DNA of 64,000 nt from Candidatus Parcubacteria bacterium (GTDB taxonomy: Bacteria > Patescibacteriota > Patescibacteriia > Patescibacteriales > UBA12075). Below are positions 18,733 to 28,959 of the stretch, piece after piece (the stretch's first letter is position 1; each line of letters opens with the position of its first letter). Location: positions 446,005 to 510,004 of the forward strand of contig PKTK01000001.1 of NCBI GenBank assembly GCA_002869165.1, in the 5' to 3' direction. The notes beneath the pieces are model-generated. The model saw only the letters and a program-made list of their open reading frames with translations, made no database searches and had not been told where the DNA came from. A program made the translations under genes and the position numbers.

Positions 18733-18762
18733 TTCTTAATTCTTAATTCTTAATTCTTAATT
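18733..18762 (+). repeat. (TTCTTAA)4 heptamer array
   Basis: Four perfect units plus TT, 13 nt after the hairpin element and 2 nt from the uppS stop codon. Confidence 0.95.
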
Positions 18763-18764
18763 GA

Positions 18765-19466
18765 CTAGTCCCCTCCTCTTCTCCTATCTCTTTCGGCATA
18801 TTCATTCACAATAATCTGTGCATCAATCTTCTCAAAATCAGGCCAATACTTTTCTATAAACATAAGTTCAGAATAATTACTTTGCCACAATTGAAAACCA
18901 GATAGTCTCTTTTCTACACTAGTACGAACAATTATATCAGGATCAATCAAATCTTTTTGGTAGAGGTATTTTTTTATCATTCCTTCATGAACTTGATCTA
19001 CTCCAATATTATTCTTTACCATCTTTTTGATAGCATCAACTAATTCTGCTCTACCGCCATAATTAATACAAATATTTAAAATACCTTTGGTATTGGTTTT
19101 TGTCTTTTCTACTGCTTCCCTGCACACTTCTGGTAAATCTCCAGGTAATTCTTCAATACGACCTGTTATTAAAAGTCTAATATTCCTTTCGTTAAATGCT
19201 TCAAAATCTTTCGTAAGAGCATTCTTTAATAGTTTCATTAAATAGTTAACTTCCTCCCTTGAGCGACTCCAGTTTTCTGTTGAAAAGGCATAAACCGACA
19301 CAATCTCAACACCCAAAGAAAAAAACCACTCAGGTAAATTTATCATCACCTCATATCCTCTTCTGTGACCTTCTATGGTGGGTAAATTTCTTTCTTTAGC
19401 CCATCGTCTATTCCCATCCATTATTAATCCCACATGGATTGGTATTTTTTTTATTTTATCTTCCAT
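18765..19466 (-). CDS. uppS: isoprenyl transferase (undecaprenyl diphosphate synthase)
   Basis: HVGLIMDGNRRWA, SVYAFSTENWSR, RTSVEKRLSGFQLWQSNYSEL. Confidence 0.9.
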   Translation of the reverse strand: MEDKIKKIPIHVGLIMDGNRRWAKERNLPTIEGHRRGYEVMINLPEWFFSLGVEIVSVYAFSTENWSRSREEVNYLMKLLKNALTKDFEAFNERNIRLLITGRIEELPGDLPEVCREAVEKTKTNTKGILNICINYGGRAELVDAIKKMVKNNIGVDQVHEGMIKKYLYQKDLIDPDIIVRTSVEKRLSGFQLWQSNYSELMFIEKYWPDFEKIDAQIIVNEYAERDRRRGGD

Positions 19467-19470
19467 ATTT

Positions 19471-19749
19471 TTAAAAATTTTTATTTTTTACAATTTTAAA
19501 TAATTTTAATCTAGAACTTGCACCACTTATCAATTTAATATTCTTTTTATCAAGACCAAATTCTTTGACCAAATATTTAATTAACTCTGTATTAGCCTTA
19601 CCCTTTTCAGGCACCGCTCCAACTGAAATTTTATATGTCCCATCAGCCATTCTGTCTTTAAACTCTGTTTTACTAGCGTTGGGTACTGCTTTTATTTTTA
19701 AATAAATTTCCCCTTTATTTTTTAGTTCTTTTTTTATTTCCTCAATCAT
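19471..19749 (-). CDS. DUF167 (YggU) family protein
   Basis: LKIKAVPNASKTEF...VGAVPEKGKANTELIKYL pattern; likelier start MIEEIKK at 19749. Confidence 0.7.
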   Translation of the reverse strand: MIEEIKKELKNKGEIYLKIKAVPNASKTEFKDRMADGTYKISVGAVPEKGKANTELIKYLVKEFGLDKKNIKLISGASSRLKLFKIVKNKNF

Positions 19750-20971
19750 TTTTTTCTCGAAAAAGAATAACATTAGGAACATCTCTGCCTGGTCCTGACA
19801 TATACTCATCATTATACCAAAGTGCAGTTGAATATCCACCGTCCAAATTCAAAGCAATATCAACATCCATTTCCTTCAAAATTTCAGCCAGATCAAGAAC
19901 TGTGGCGTTATAAACGATAACTAATAATAATTCTCCCTTTTTTCCTTCTTCTGCTCTGTAAGCCAGAGCGTTCCTTGCTGCTTTTGCTGTTTCTTGTTTT
20001 TTATCTACGTCCCATACGATAAGCTGGTTCATGCCATTTTCTATAAGTCTTGGTTTATTACTAATGGCGGCTTGCAAAGTAGCTCCAGTTGAACTTTCAA
20101 AACTAGCCACACTTTCAAATTCTCTTGAGTCTTTATAATAATAAAGATTATTCTCTGTATCAAAGGCCATAACTGGACCAGTAGTCCAATATTTAAGCTG
20201 ATCTTCATTTATCAAAACTCCTACCTCAGTATTATATACCGGAGAAAAATAGTAATTTAATTTTGACGAATAAGCCTCAAAATAAGTCCCATTCATACCA
20301 ATAGTCGCATCATTCTCTACTACAAACTCACCCAAAGTCTTTGCCTGACAATTACTATCGCAATCGCTTTCCATTGCTGTATCAGTGATAATCTCAAGAT
20401 TGGGATTATCTAGATCGATTATTACAATATCAGCCTTAAAATTTCCCATACTAGTCTCTAATGTCTTGTGTTCATAACTACTATAAGAATTAAGTGATTC
20501 GCTCAAACCTGGTTTATGTATTTTCGCTAAATTTTCTCGACTAATACCTAGCGACAATTCTCGCATTACCCGAAAAGCGTCATCAGGTCTACCAAGAAAA
20601 TAAAGACGTAAATCATCAGGGTTCATATACCAAGCTTCACCGTTCTCCTCAATCTGCAATAAAATTTTTCCAGAAAGTTTACGTGCCAATTCCAAATCAC
20701 CCTTCAAATCATCTGGCATACCTTCTTTGGCTAATTTCTGAATATTATAATTACTAATACCAAGTCCGAGTTCACGCATTAAAAAAAAGGCATCAGCGGG
20801 CCGCCCCAAAAAATACCTTTTATTATCACTTGGATTTATATACCAAGCTTCACCATCTTTTTCAACATTCAAAAGAATCTTACCAGAAAGCTTCTCTCCT
20901 AATGAAGCAGCTTGAGTAGGTAAGGCAAAACAAAATATAAATAAAAATATAATTAAACTTTTTTGCATCAA
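19742..20971 (-). CDS. secreted phosphodiester glycosidase family (DUF2233) protein with two N-terminal ~50-aa repeats
   Basis: Signal peptide; duplicated LSGKILLxxEdGEAWYxNPdDxrxYFLGRPdDAFxxMRELgLGIS; C-terminal ALNLDGGYSTALW. Confidence 0.65.
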   Translation of the reverse strand: MMQKSLIIFLFIFCFALPTQAASLGEKLSGKILLNVEKDGEAWYINPSDNKRYFLGRPADAFFLMRELGLGISNYNIQKLAKEGMPDDLKGDLELARKLSGKILLQIEENGEAWYMNPDDLRLYFLGRPDDAFRVMRELSLGISRENLAKIHKPGLSESLNSYSSYEHKTLETSMGNFKADIVIIDLDNPNLEIITDTAMESDCDSNCQAKTLGEFVVENDATIGMNGTYFEAYSSKLNYYFSPVYNTEVGVLINEDQLKYWTTGPVMAFDTENNLYYYKDSREFESVASFESSTGATLQAAISNKPRLIENGMNQLIVWDVDKKQETAKAARNALAYRAEEGKKGELLLVIVYNATVLDLAEILKEMDVDIALNLDGGYSTALWYNDEYMSGPGRDVPNVILFREKND

Positions 20972-21342
20972 CTTAAATACTGCTTAACTTTCTCGTGCAG
21001 TTCATCAAGTGTTACATTTACTTTAATTAAATATTCTTTTGCGCCCAATTTCTTACATTTAAAAAGACTAACCCCATCGCTCTTGTTTGATACAACCAAA
21101 ACCGGTATATTTTCAGTAAGACCCTTTTTGTGCATAGCCTCCAAAACCTCTTCTCCATTCATCTCTGGCATTAAAATATCCAAGATAACCAAATCAGGAC
21201 CAATACTTTCAATTAATTCTAATCCTTCTTTGCCATTATCTGCTGTCATTACATTATAACCATAAGATTCAAAGCCTTTTTTAAAAGCTCCTTGTATTGC
21301 TTTTTCGTCTTCTACAATTAATATTGTTTTTTGATTATCCAT
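20968..21342 (-). CDS. single-domain response regulator (CheY-like receiver)
   Basis: ILIVEDE, phospho-acceptor context DLVILDILMPEMNG, conserved K in LIKV region; no output domain. Confidence 0.8.
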   Translation of the reverse strand: MDNQKTILIVEDEKAIQGAFKKGFESYGYNVMTADNGKEGLELIESIGPDLVILDILMPEMNGEEVLEAMHKKGLTENIPVLVVSNKSDGVSLFKCKKLGAKEYLIKVNVTLDELHEKVKQYLS

Positions 21343-21394
21343 TTTATTAATATTACACAATTAAATTTAACATTTTTTTTAAAAAAATACAAAT

Positions 21395-21745
21395 TTATTT
21401 GGTTGAAAATAATTTATGCAATAGAAATGAAATTATCGATAAAACTATACTAAATAAAAAAGCAGTTAAAAATGAATCAACACTAAAATCTTGAATAACC
21501 GAAGAAGCCAAAACTATGATCAAAGAATTAATAACAAATATAAACAAGCCTAGTGTTACTATTGTTATTGGCAAAGTAAGAATTACTAAAATTGGCTTTA
21601 AAACTATATTAAGAAAAGCTAAGAATAAAGCTAGCCACAAAGCTATCCAAAAGCTTCCCACACTTACACCTGGAATAATATAGGCACTTAGCATAATAGC
21701 CAAAGCCTGAACTATCCATTTTAGAAATATATTCATATTAGTCAC
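21395..21745 (-). CDS. phage holin family IV / DUF360 membrane protein
   Basis: Four TM helices with [25 protein letters not shown] core typical of PF04020-like proteins. Confidence 0.6.
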   Translation of the reverse strand: MTNMNIFLKWIVQALAIMLSAYIIPGVSVGSFWIALWLALFLAFLNIVLKPILVILTLPITIVTLGLFIFVINSLIIVLASSVIQDFSVDSFLTAFLFSIVLSIISFLLHKLFSTK

Positions 21746-22481
21746 TTAAAACAGCAGATTCGATAACTATATCTTCTATTGGCCAATTTTCATGCATTCC
21801 GTTTGTCGTAGTCTTAACACCTGCAATCATATCTACCACATCCATACCTTCTGTAACTTCACCAAATACAGCATAACCATAATTTGAGTCATCTTGATAA
21901 TTCAAAAAGTCATTATCTACTAGATTGATAAAAAATTGAGAAGTGGCAGAATCAACCACCATGGTTCTGGCCATAGCAAGTGTTCCTCGATTGTTTTTAA
22001 GTCCATTCTTGGCTTCATTTTTGATTGGTGCTTCAGTTTTTTTCTGATCTCCATTTGCTGTAAATCCTCCGCCTTGAATCATGAATCCAGACATTACACG
22101 ATGGAAAATTGTACCATCGTAAAATCCGTTTATAACATATTTCTTAAAATTATCAGATGAAATTGGAGCATTTTCAGTGTATAATTTAATAACAATCTTA
22201 CCTTTATTGGTTGTTAATGTAGCTGTATTCATATTTTTTACTTCTTCGTTAATTTTATAGGTATTATTTTGTTGACTTGTTTGATCTCCTTTGTTTTGAG
22301 TGCTTTGACTCTGATTATTTGCACTAGAGCTTGTTTGGTTTTTTTCCAAAGCGTTTAATTCAGGGTTTAATAACTCACTTGAATTCATAGGCTTTGCACT
22401 GTTTTCATCTAGTATTACATCCGCTGACTGAGTGCAGGCAGTCAGTGAAAAAATAACTAATATTAGTAGAATTTTTCTCAT
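21738..22481 (-). CDS. cyclophilin-type peptidyl-prolyl isomerase, lipoprotein
   Basis: Lipobox LTAC; low-complexity linker; [14 protein letters not shown] and SQFFINL cyclophilin blocks. Confidence 0.9.
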   Translation of the reverse strand: MRKILLILVIFSLTACTQSADVILDENSAKPMNSSELLNPELNALEKNQTSSSANNQSQSTQNKGDQTSQQNNTYKINEEVKNMNTATLTTNKGKIVIKLYTENAPISSDNFKKYVINGFYDGTIFHRVMSGFMIQGGGFTANGDQKKTEAPIKNEAKNGLKNNRGTLAMARTMVVDSATSQFFINLVDNDFLNYQDDSNYGYAVFGEVTEGMDVVDMIAGVKTTTNGMHENWPIEDIVIESAVLSD

Positions 22482-22498
22482 AATAACAACTATTTTAT

Positions 22499-22981
22499 TT
22501 ATAAATTAATTATATTTTTAACTTTATTTTTTTCAAAACAAAATCTTTTCTTAATAAATTTGCCATTCAAAGCATCGTTTAACCAATATTTGTCATCATC
22601 CCACATCTCTTCGTATGGTATTTCCTCTTTTTTAAACCATTTTAACTTCCCTTCTCCAGTATTACGCTCTTTACCTCTAAAATCTTTACAAATAAACACA
22701 TAACAATAATTGTTTATATTATTCTGGTCCATAAATACAAATTCTAACTCAGCAATCTTTTTTATTTTACCAAGTTCTAAATCAGTTTCCTCCTTTATCT
22801 CTCTTCTTACTGAATCTTCAATTGTTTCATCTGGCTCCACTTTTCCGCCAGGACCATTCCAATTCCCTTTCCCAAAACCCCTAGCCTTTTGCTGAAGCAA
22901 AACTTCCCCCTTCTCGTTGATTATATAACAAATATTAACTGTGTACTGAAATTTATATTTTTTTTCGTTTTCTTTTGTCAT
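22499..22981 (-). CDS. NUDIX hydrolase (MutT-like)
   Basis: Nudix box [26 protein letters not shown]. Confidence 0.85.
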   Translation of the reverse strand: MTKENEKKYKFQYTVNICYIINEKGEVLLQQKARGFGKGNWNGPGGKVEPDETIEDSVRREIKEETDLELGKIKKIAELEFVFMDQNNINNYCYVFICKDFRGKERNTGEGKLKWFKKEEIPYEEMWDDDKYWLNDALNGKFIKKRFCFEKNKVKNIINL

Positions 22982-22990
22982 TTTGCTCTT

Positions 22991-23068
22991 GTGTCATTCT
23001 AAAACGTTAGTGAATAATCCCGTTTCTTCTTCTTTCTACATGATATTTCACTGAGTTCAGAATGACAC
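22991..23068. repeat. GTCAT-hairpin element
   Basis: gtgtcattctaaaacgttagtgaataatccc ... atttcactgagttcagaatgacac. Confidence 0.75.
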
Positions 23069-23080
23069 CAAAAAGGAAAA

Positions 23081-24523
23081 CTATTTAACCTTATATCCTC
23101 TCCTCATCTTTCTGTCCTCCTCCTCGCGCTTTTCCTCTATTTTATCTTTAGCTTTTTCACGTAATTGTTCAATATCTTCTTTGTTTAATTCAAGTGCTTT
23201 TTTGGATAGATATTCTTTGGTATTAAGTTTAGGTTCTTCGATAACTTCTGCAAGCAAACAGTCTAAAACCGCCCCCATCTTAGGACCTGGTTCAAAGCCA
23301 AGATTCTTGATCATCTCATCTCCATTTAGCTCCAACATTCCCACATTCACTGGATCATTTTGCACTCTTTCAAACATATACTCGAGATGTTTAAGCTTGT
23401 ATGGCTTACCTTTTGGAGTATTGGAACCAAGTCTATCAGCAATCCGAACATCTATCAAGTCCTTTAAATTATCTTTACCAACTTTTTTTATCAATCTCCT
23501 TACCGAGCTTGCAGTTACTTCTCCTGTGTTATAGTAAAACATATGATTTCTCACTAGATTAGTTACTCGATCAGAATCTTTGGTTGAAAATTTAAGTCTC
23601 TTCATTATCTTCCTAGTTAATTTTTCACTTACATATTCATGATTATAAAATGTAACCTGATTATTAATTATCTTGTAGGTTCTAGGCTTCCCAACATCAT
23701 GAAGAAGAGCCGCTAGTCTAACCTGCCACTCTTTGCTTGGACAATTTTTAAGAGATAAAAAATTATGCTTTAAAACAGCGTAAATATGATGATGGTTTTG
23801 TTTAACACCATCGCCCTCAAGTAACTCTGGGATAATATAGTTAAGCAAATTCAAACGATATAATTTCAAAAATCCTTCATACGGCTTATCTGATTTGAGT
23901 ATTCTAACAAGCTCATCTTTGATACGTTCCTTGGCTACAAATTTAATACTTCCAGCCAGTTTCTTGGTAGCGCGTTCAGTTTTTTCCTCTATTGTGTACC
24001 CTAGCTCTGCATGGAACCTAACTGCCCTCATAAGACGCAAGGCGTCCTCCTTGAATCTATTCTCTGGTTCCCCAACTGCCCTAATAATCTCTTTTTCAAT
24101 ATCCTTTTGCCCACCAAAAAGATCTACAATATTTTGATTATTTATATTCATGGCCATTGCATTCACGGTAAAATCCCTTCTTTCCAGATCCTTATCAAGT
24201 TCTTTTTCAAATTTTACTTCATCAGGATGTCTACTATCACTATAGCCTTGCTCACTTCGATAAGTCGTAATCTCATAAACATCATCTACTTCAGCATCTT
24301 TATTTTTCACAGGATAAATAACTGTACCAAAATCATTCTCGTATTTTCCTTCTGGTAATACCTTTAAAATCTCTTCTGGCCTAGCATTTGTAGTAATATC
24401 CCAATCTTTTGGCTCAACATTACGTAAATAATCTCGAACACAACCGCCAACCAAAAAAGCCTCAAAACCAGCATTTTCAAGCTTTTTTACTATATTCTCT
24501 AAGTTTTTCGGAATATTAATCAT
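23081..24523 (-). CDS. cca: CCA-adding tRNA nucleotidyltransferase with HD domain
   Basis: GGCVRD, DWDITT, RDFTVNAMA, HD-domain LLHDVGK; fits tRNA genes lacking encoded CCA. Confidence 0.9.
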   Translation of the reverse strand: MINIPKNLENIVKKLENAGFEAFLVGGCVRDYLRNVEPKDWDITTNARPEEILKVLPEGKYENDFGTVIYPVKNKDAEVDDVYEITTYRSEQGYSDSRHPDEVKFEKELDKDLERRDFTVNAMAMNINNQNIVDLFGGQKDIEKEIIRAVGEPENRFKEDALRLMRAVRFHAELGYTIEEKTERATKKLAGSIKFVAKERIKDELVRILKSDKPYEGFLKLYRLNLLNYIIPELLEGDGVKQNHHHIYAVLKHNFLSLKNCPSKEWQVRLAALLHDVGKPRTYKIINNQVTFYNHEYVSEKLTRKIMKRLKFSTKDSDRVTNLVRNHMFYYNTGEVTASSVRRLIKKVGKDNLKDLIDVRIADRLGSNTPKGKPYKLKHLEYMFERVQNDPVNVGMLELNGDEMIKNLGFEPGPKMGAVLDCLLAEVIEEPKLNTKEYLSKKALELNKEDIEQLREKAKDKIEEKREEEDRKMRRGYKVK

Positions 24524-24847
24524 ATATAAAATATAATATAATTAGCTTTTAAAGTCAAAAAATTGTAGATTCGTAATCTCCCCAAACAAAAAACTCCCCT
24601 GTCAGGAGCTAGTACAATTGGGATATGTAAGAGAGAGATAATTGCCTTGACTTGAACTGAAAAAGCACATAATAATGCTCAAATTACTCTTTGAATTAAT
24701 TTGGCGAAAGTAAATTAATCCAAATTACAATTTTAGCTATTCCAGTACATTCACAAATCCCTTTTTCCATAGAACAAGTAGCCCAAAAATCTCTCTTCTT
24801 ACTATCGCTTTTATAATAACAGGTCAAACTTAAAAAAACATTAAAAT

Positions 24848-25114
24848 CTAGTCTGTCATAATATTCACCTTAGCAACTATTCCATAAAGATCATTAAGCT
24901 CCTTAGTTAGAGCTTTTATTTCTTTGATTCTCCCCTCGCAAGCAACTGTAATCATACCAGTACAATAAGCAACACAAGATCGCTGAACATTGACTCCTAG
25001 TCTTGCCATGATAATTTTGCCATGTTTAGACAAAATATCATTAACATCACCTGAATGAGTTTGGCGATCTTTAATAAGTATTGAAATTGTAGCTAAATGT
25101 ATTCTATCACCCAT
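24848..25114 (-). CDS. TM1266-family putative iron-only hydrogenase system regulator
   Basis: 88-aa ACT-like protein, ISILIKDRQTHSGDVNDILSKHG...ARLGV pattern, located beside hydA. Confidence 0.6.
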   Translation of the reverse strand: MGDRIHLATISILIKDRQTHSGDVNDILSKHGKIIMARLGVNVQRSCVAYCTGMITVACEGRIKEIKALTKELNDLYGIVAKVNIMTD

Positions 25115-25115
25115 A

Positions 25116-25649
25116 TTAAATTCTTCTTAAATATTTTAAAACCACAAAAGCAATCATTGAACCAATTAAAGATGAAGATAACTGTGGCCAGGAAAAAAGC
25201 AATACCACCTTTGAAGCAACAGCACTTTTTACAATATAATGCAGTATATAATTAGCACTCAAATATAAAAATATAAATTTCAATATTGATGCTATAACTG
25301 TAGCATAAATATAAGAATTATTTTTTGTTAACATTTTATCGTAAAAATATTTGCTACTCAAAACAAACAAAGCATTAGAAACCATTATAAATGGTACAAC
25401 TGGTGCCATTATCACAGGCAAAAGTCCTCCTGCTAGAGCCATGAGACTTGGCACTACACCAATAACTACAGCGCTACGAGTCCCCAAAATAAATAAAGCT
25501 ATCAAAAGTACTGCATTTACCAATGGGCCTGTTATCCATTGCAAATGTATAAAAAATGGCAATATGGTTGCAAAAACAGCCAAACCCACAAACAAACTAG
25601 CACTTTGAGTTTTTGGTAAAGAAATAACTTTGGAATTTTCTTTATACAT
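25116..25649 (-). CDS. polytopic membrane protein (ECF S-component-like, uncertain)
   Basis: 5-6 TM helices; ATG 25649 is 2 nt from the hydA stop (translational coupling); family not securely recognised. Confidence 0.5.
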   Translation of the reverse strand: MYKENSKVISLPKTQSASLFVGLAVFATILPFFIHLQWITGPLVNAVLLIALFILGTRSAVVIGVVPSLMALAGGLLPVIMAPVVPFIMVSNALFVLSSKYFYDKMLTKNNSYIYATVIASILKFIFLYLSANYILHYIVKSAVASKVVLLFSWPQLSSSLIGSMIAFVVLKYLRRI

Positions 25650-25650
25650 A

Positions 25651-27381
25651 CTAATATCCTTTTTTCTTTTTATAAGTTGTATGCAAGACACTATGTTCGT
25701 AGTGATGCCCCTTGGCCCTTAGCCAGTCTAATACTTTCTTCACTGCCATATTGTCGTGGGCTTTCCTAATCTTCCTGTCTTTATCGTGCTTGTATAATGC
25801 TTCTATTCTCTTTTTTCTTATCTCCCAGCTAGTGGGAATTGGTTGTCCACCTCCTCCAATACATCCACCCGGACAACTCATTACTTCAATATAATGATAA
25901 TCATCCAGTTTTTCTAAAACTTTTTTAATATTTCCAATACCGTTTACCACTGCAACATTATATTTATTGCCAGCTATTTATACTTCAGCTTCCTTTAAGC
26001 CATCTATGCCTCTTACGTCTTCAAATTCAAGCCTAGAGTCACAAAGTGAATCATCACTTCCCTGACAAGCCAAATATTGAGCAGTTCGCAAAGCTGATTC
26101 CATTACTCCTCCGCTAGCCCCATAAATTGCAGCTGCGCCACTATATTCGCCAAGAGGATTATCAGCTTGACTTGGATTAATCTTAGCTAGGTTAATCTCA
26201 TTTTTTTTAAGTAAAAAAGCTAGTTCCCTATTGGTCAAAACATAATCAACTGGCAAACTACCTTTAACCTTCATCTCTCCTCTACTCGCCTCATATTTTT
26301 TAGCTGTACAGGGCATCACTGACACTATCTCAATATCTTTGGGTTTTATGCCCATATTTTGCGCCCAATAAGTCTTGATAATACCCCCCATATGCATATT
26401 TGGAGAACGTGAAGTGGTAATATTCGGAATTAAATCGGGACGATATATTTCTACGTAATTCACCCAGGCAGGACAGCAAGAAGTCATCATAGGTAAGGGC
26501 TTTTTTTCGACAATACGTTCGATTAACTCGCCTGCTTCAACCATGGTGGTAACATCTGCTGCAAAATTAACATCAAATACATAGTCGAAACCGAGCTGTC
26601 TAAGAGATGAAACTATTCTATCTGTTGTTTCTTCACCAGGTTCCAAACCGAATTCTTCACCAATACTTACTCTGATCGAAGGGGCAAAAATGGCAACTTT
26701 TGTTTTTTTCTTTTTACTGATAAGTTTTTCAACATCAGCACAATTAAACTGCTCCTGTGCTGCGCTAACTGGACAATGAACAGCACACTGACCACACAAT
26801 ATACACTGAACTTTTGAATCCTTAACTGGTCTAACTTCTTGATTTTCTCCCTTGCCAGCTATTTCTAGATAGTTTATCCCTTGCATCGCACAAGCATCAA
26901 TGCAATTCCGACAATCAATACACTGTGTAGCATCAAGCTCAACAGCATTTGCAAATTTATATACCTTTCTGTCTCCTTTTCTATCTTCAAATCTATTTAT
27001 ATTTAAATTATATTCCTTAGCGTATTTAAGTAACGGGCAGTTAAAGCGCCATAAACAATCAGGGCACTTCTCAACATGGTCAGCGTAAATTAGTTCTAAA
27101 TTGGTTTTACGAGATTTTTGCACTCTATCGGTGTTTGTTTCGATTTCCATACCTTCCTCAACTTTTGTAGAACATGATGTTTGTAAATTTTTTCTATTTT
27201 TAACTTCTACCACACAAACCCGACAGTTTGCATGTGGTGGAAAATCATCATGCTGACAAAGAGTAGGGATGTCTATTCCTTTTTCTCTAGCAACCTGAAG
27301 AATAGTCATTCCTTCATCACAAGAGACTTGTTGGCCATTCAATTTAATTTTTATTTTCTTCCTTGGCATCTTTGCTGTCAT
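25651..27381 (-). CDS. hydA: [FeFe]-hydrogenase HydA (2Fe-2S + 4Fe-4S + H-cluster domains), single in-frame TAA at 25978-25980
   Basis: ORFs 25978..27381 and 25651..25950 are in one frame; TSCCPAW, MPCTAKKYE upstream and CPGGCIGGGGQP downstream of the TAA; total ~576 codons, as for clostridial HydA; real start may be MPRKK (27369). Confidence 0.9.
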
Positions 27382-27494
27382 TCTGGGGCTCCGGTGAAAC
27401 GGAGCGGAACCGGAGAACCCGGAGTCCAGAATCGTTAATTTATGGTGGATCCCGGGTCCTCTTCCACTTACGCTCCAGAGCCCCAGGATGACAA
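27376..27494. repeat. GTCAT-hairpin element
   Basis: tgtcattctggggctccggtgaaacggagcgg...ccagaatcg / gatcccgggtcc...cgctccagagccccaggatgacaa; its terminal ATGACA supplies the first ATG of the hydA track ORF. Confidence 0.8.
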
Positions 27495-27528
27495 AGTAAT
27501 TATTTTTTATTCACTAATAATAAAAATG

Positions 27529-27705
27529 TTATCTCCAATCTTCAATAATCAACCTTTTCCGCTTCTTATCCTGTTTCACAACTACCTTCTGTCCCTCCCG
27601 CCAACCAAAATCTCGCATTGCGTCCATTGGTAAAGTTAAAGCGTAGCTATAACCACCTGAACGACTTATTTTTCTAATATTCTTATCATTATTTTTTCTT
27701 CTCAT
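27529..27705 (-). CDS. AbrB/MazE/SpoVT-type DNA-binding protein (58 aa)
   Basis: MRRKNNDKNIRKISRSGGYSYALTLPMDAMRDFGWREGQKVVVKQDKKRKRLIIEDWR; swapped-hairpin-type motif; below ORF-track cutoff. Confidence 0.6.
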   Translation of the reverse strand: MRRKNNDKNIRKISRSGGYSYALTLPMDAMRDFGWREGQKVVVKQDKKRKRLIIEDWR

Positions 27706-27710
27706 AAAAA

Positions 27711-27748
27711 ATATACGGATATATATACGGATATATATCCGTATATAT
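27711..27748. promoter_or_regulatory. candidate operator: 28-bp perfect palindrome plus extra half-site
   Basis: atatatacggatat|atatccgtatatat (27721-27748) centred on ACGGATATATATCCGT, third ATACGGAT at 27713-27720; just upstream of the AbrB-like gene; followed by 2x ttatgtgatatgt. Confidence 0.45.
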
Positions 27749-27786
27749 TATTATGTGATATGTGCTGTGTGTTATGTGATATGTTA

Positions 27787-28833
27787 CTAACTAAAACAAT
27801 CACAAATCATCTTCTTTTCATAATCAGGTAGGTCAATTTTCTTTTCTGGAATATTAACCAAAACATTTTCAATATAGCTTCGAATCGCAATTGGAGCTGC
27901 GCAACCAAGACCACAAAAACTTGACTCCGCTAGATTATCTAAAATTTCTCCAACCACATCCCAGTCAGGTTCATCATCAACAAGCATTTCTTTCAAACGA
28001 TACAGACCATCTCTACAGGGAGTACATTGACCACATGACTCTTTTTGAAAAAAATCGATCCATTTTCGAAACAATTCAATTGGTTCATATTTATAAGTAC
28101 TATAAACAGTTATAGAACCACTCCCTAATACAGGTTTGTTTATTTGATCGCCATTTAGAACCACTCCACTAGCATCACCGCCTACCTGAACAAAAAAATC
28201 AAAATCAGGATAATTATTGGTTTTTTTAAGAATTTCATCCATATTCAGTGATTCTGGCATTTCATACACACCTCTTTCAAAGCAATCACCATTTATTGTT
28301 ACAAATCTTTTACCTTCATATCTGTTTTGCGAAATCAAACATACATGATAGAAGGTTTCTGGATTATTTACCAAAGTAGGCATATTCCAAAGACCATTAG
28401 TAGTTGGGAATGGTGGTCTAAGTCTTGGTTCAACCTTGTGGCCTTCTATATGATTAAGGGCTGATGTTTCTTCTCCGCCAATATATCCGGCTGTATGAGA
28501 TTTTTTGAATATTTCAAAATTTTTACCTTTGCTTAGCTCTTTGAGATTTTTGTAATATTTTTTGTAATAATCAGGATTTAAATACACAAAAGCATCTTCA
28601 GCACCAATTGTATCCATGGCAATCTTCATTCCTTCAATCATTTCAAGCGCATAATTCTTTAAAATATACTCGTCCTTTTTTACCCCTGGCTCTCCTTCAG
28701 AAAAATTACACACTACATATTTTTTAGGACCAATTGCCTTTGCGACCATTTCCCATTTTTTTGCAGTCGGAAAACAGCCACCCCCACGGCCGACTAAATT
28801 CGCTTTCTCAATTTTCTTAATAATATCCTCCAT
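27787..28833 (-). CDS. NuoF-like flavoprotein/Fe-S subunit (hydrogenase partner HydB-like, short form)
   Basis: GRGGGCFPTAKKW, GEPGVKKD, GGEETSALN, ESCGQCTPCRDG, SFCGLG blocks of the NADH dehydrogenase 51-kDa family. Confidence 0.75.
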   Translation of the reverse strand: MEDIIKKIEKANLVGRGGGCFPTAKKWEMVAKAIGPKKYVVCNFSEGEPGVKKDEYILKNYALEMIEGMKIAMDTIGAEDAFVYLNPDYYKKYYKNLKELSKGKNFEIFKKSHTAGYIGGEETSALNHIEGHKVEPRLRPPFPTTNGLWNMPTLVNNPETFYHVCLISQNRYEGKRFVTINGDCFERGVYEMPESLNMDEILKKTNNYPDFDFFVQVGGDASGVVLNGDQINKPVLGSGSITVYSTYKYEPIELFRKWIDFFQKESCGQCTPCRDGLYRLKEMLVDDEPDWDVVGEILDNLAESSFCGLGCAAPIAIRSYIENVLVNIPEKKIDLPDYEKKMICDCFS

Positions 28834-28959
28834 TGTTTCTCCTTTGTTTTTATCCTTGTTATATGAAGATACTTATATATTAAATTCTAAAATCTAATAC
28901 CTAAATCCTAAATAATTTCAAAATTACAATTCTTTAAATTCAAAAAAATTTCTATTAAT

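Noticed and set aside
21395-21745. Holin family IV protein as a sign of a prophage.
   Set aside because: This DUF360-type protein is a common stand-alone membrane protein. No phage structural, lysis or integrase genes flank it.
24560-24847. Roughly 290-bp gap between the hydrogenase regulator gene and cca, containing mini-ORFs (for example MEKGICECTGIAKIVIWINLLSPN).
   Set aside because: The mini-ORFs are 22-24 aa with no convincing SD or conservation evidence. The gap is partly explained by a terminator-like hairpin (about 24590-24612) and a TTGACT-17-TATATT promoter immediately before the cca ATG.
27442-27633. 63-aa plus-strand ORF.
   Set aside because: It starts inside a hairpin repeat and is antisense to the better-supported AbrB-like gene (27529..27705).
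28893-28918. Telomere-like CCTAAA/CCCTAAA repeats.
   Set aside because: There are only 2-3 imperfect units on each side of one gene. This is better explained as inverted flanks of a small cassette than as telomeric sequence.
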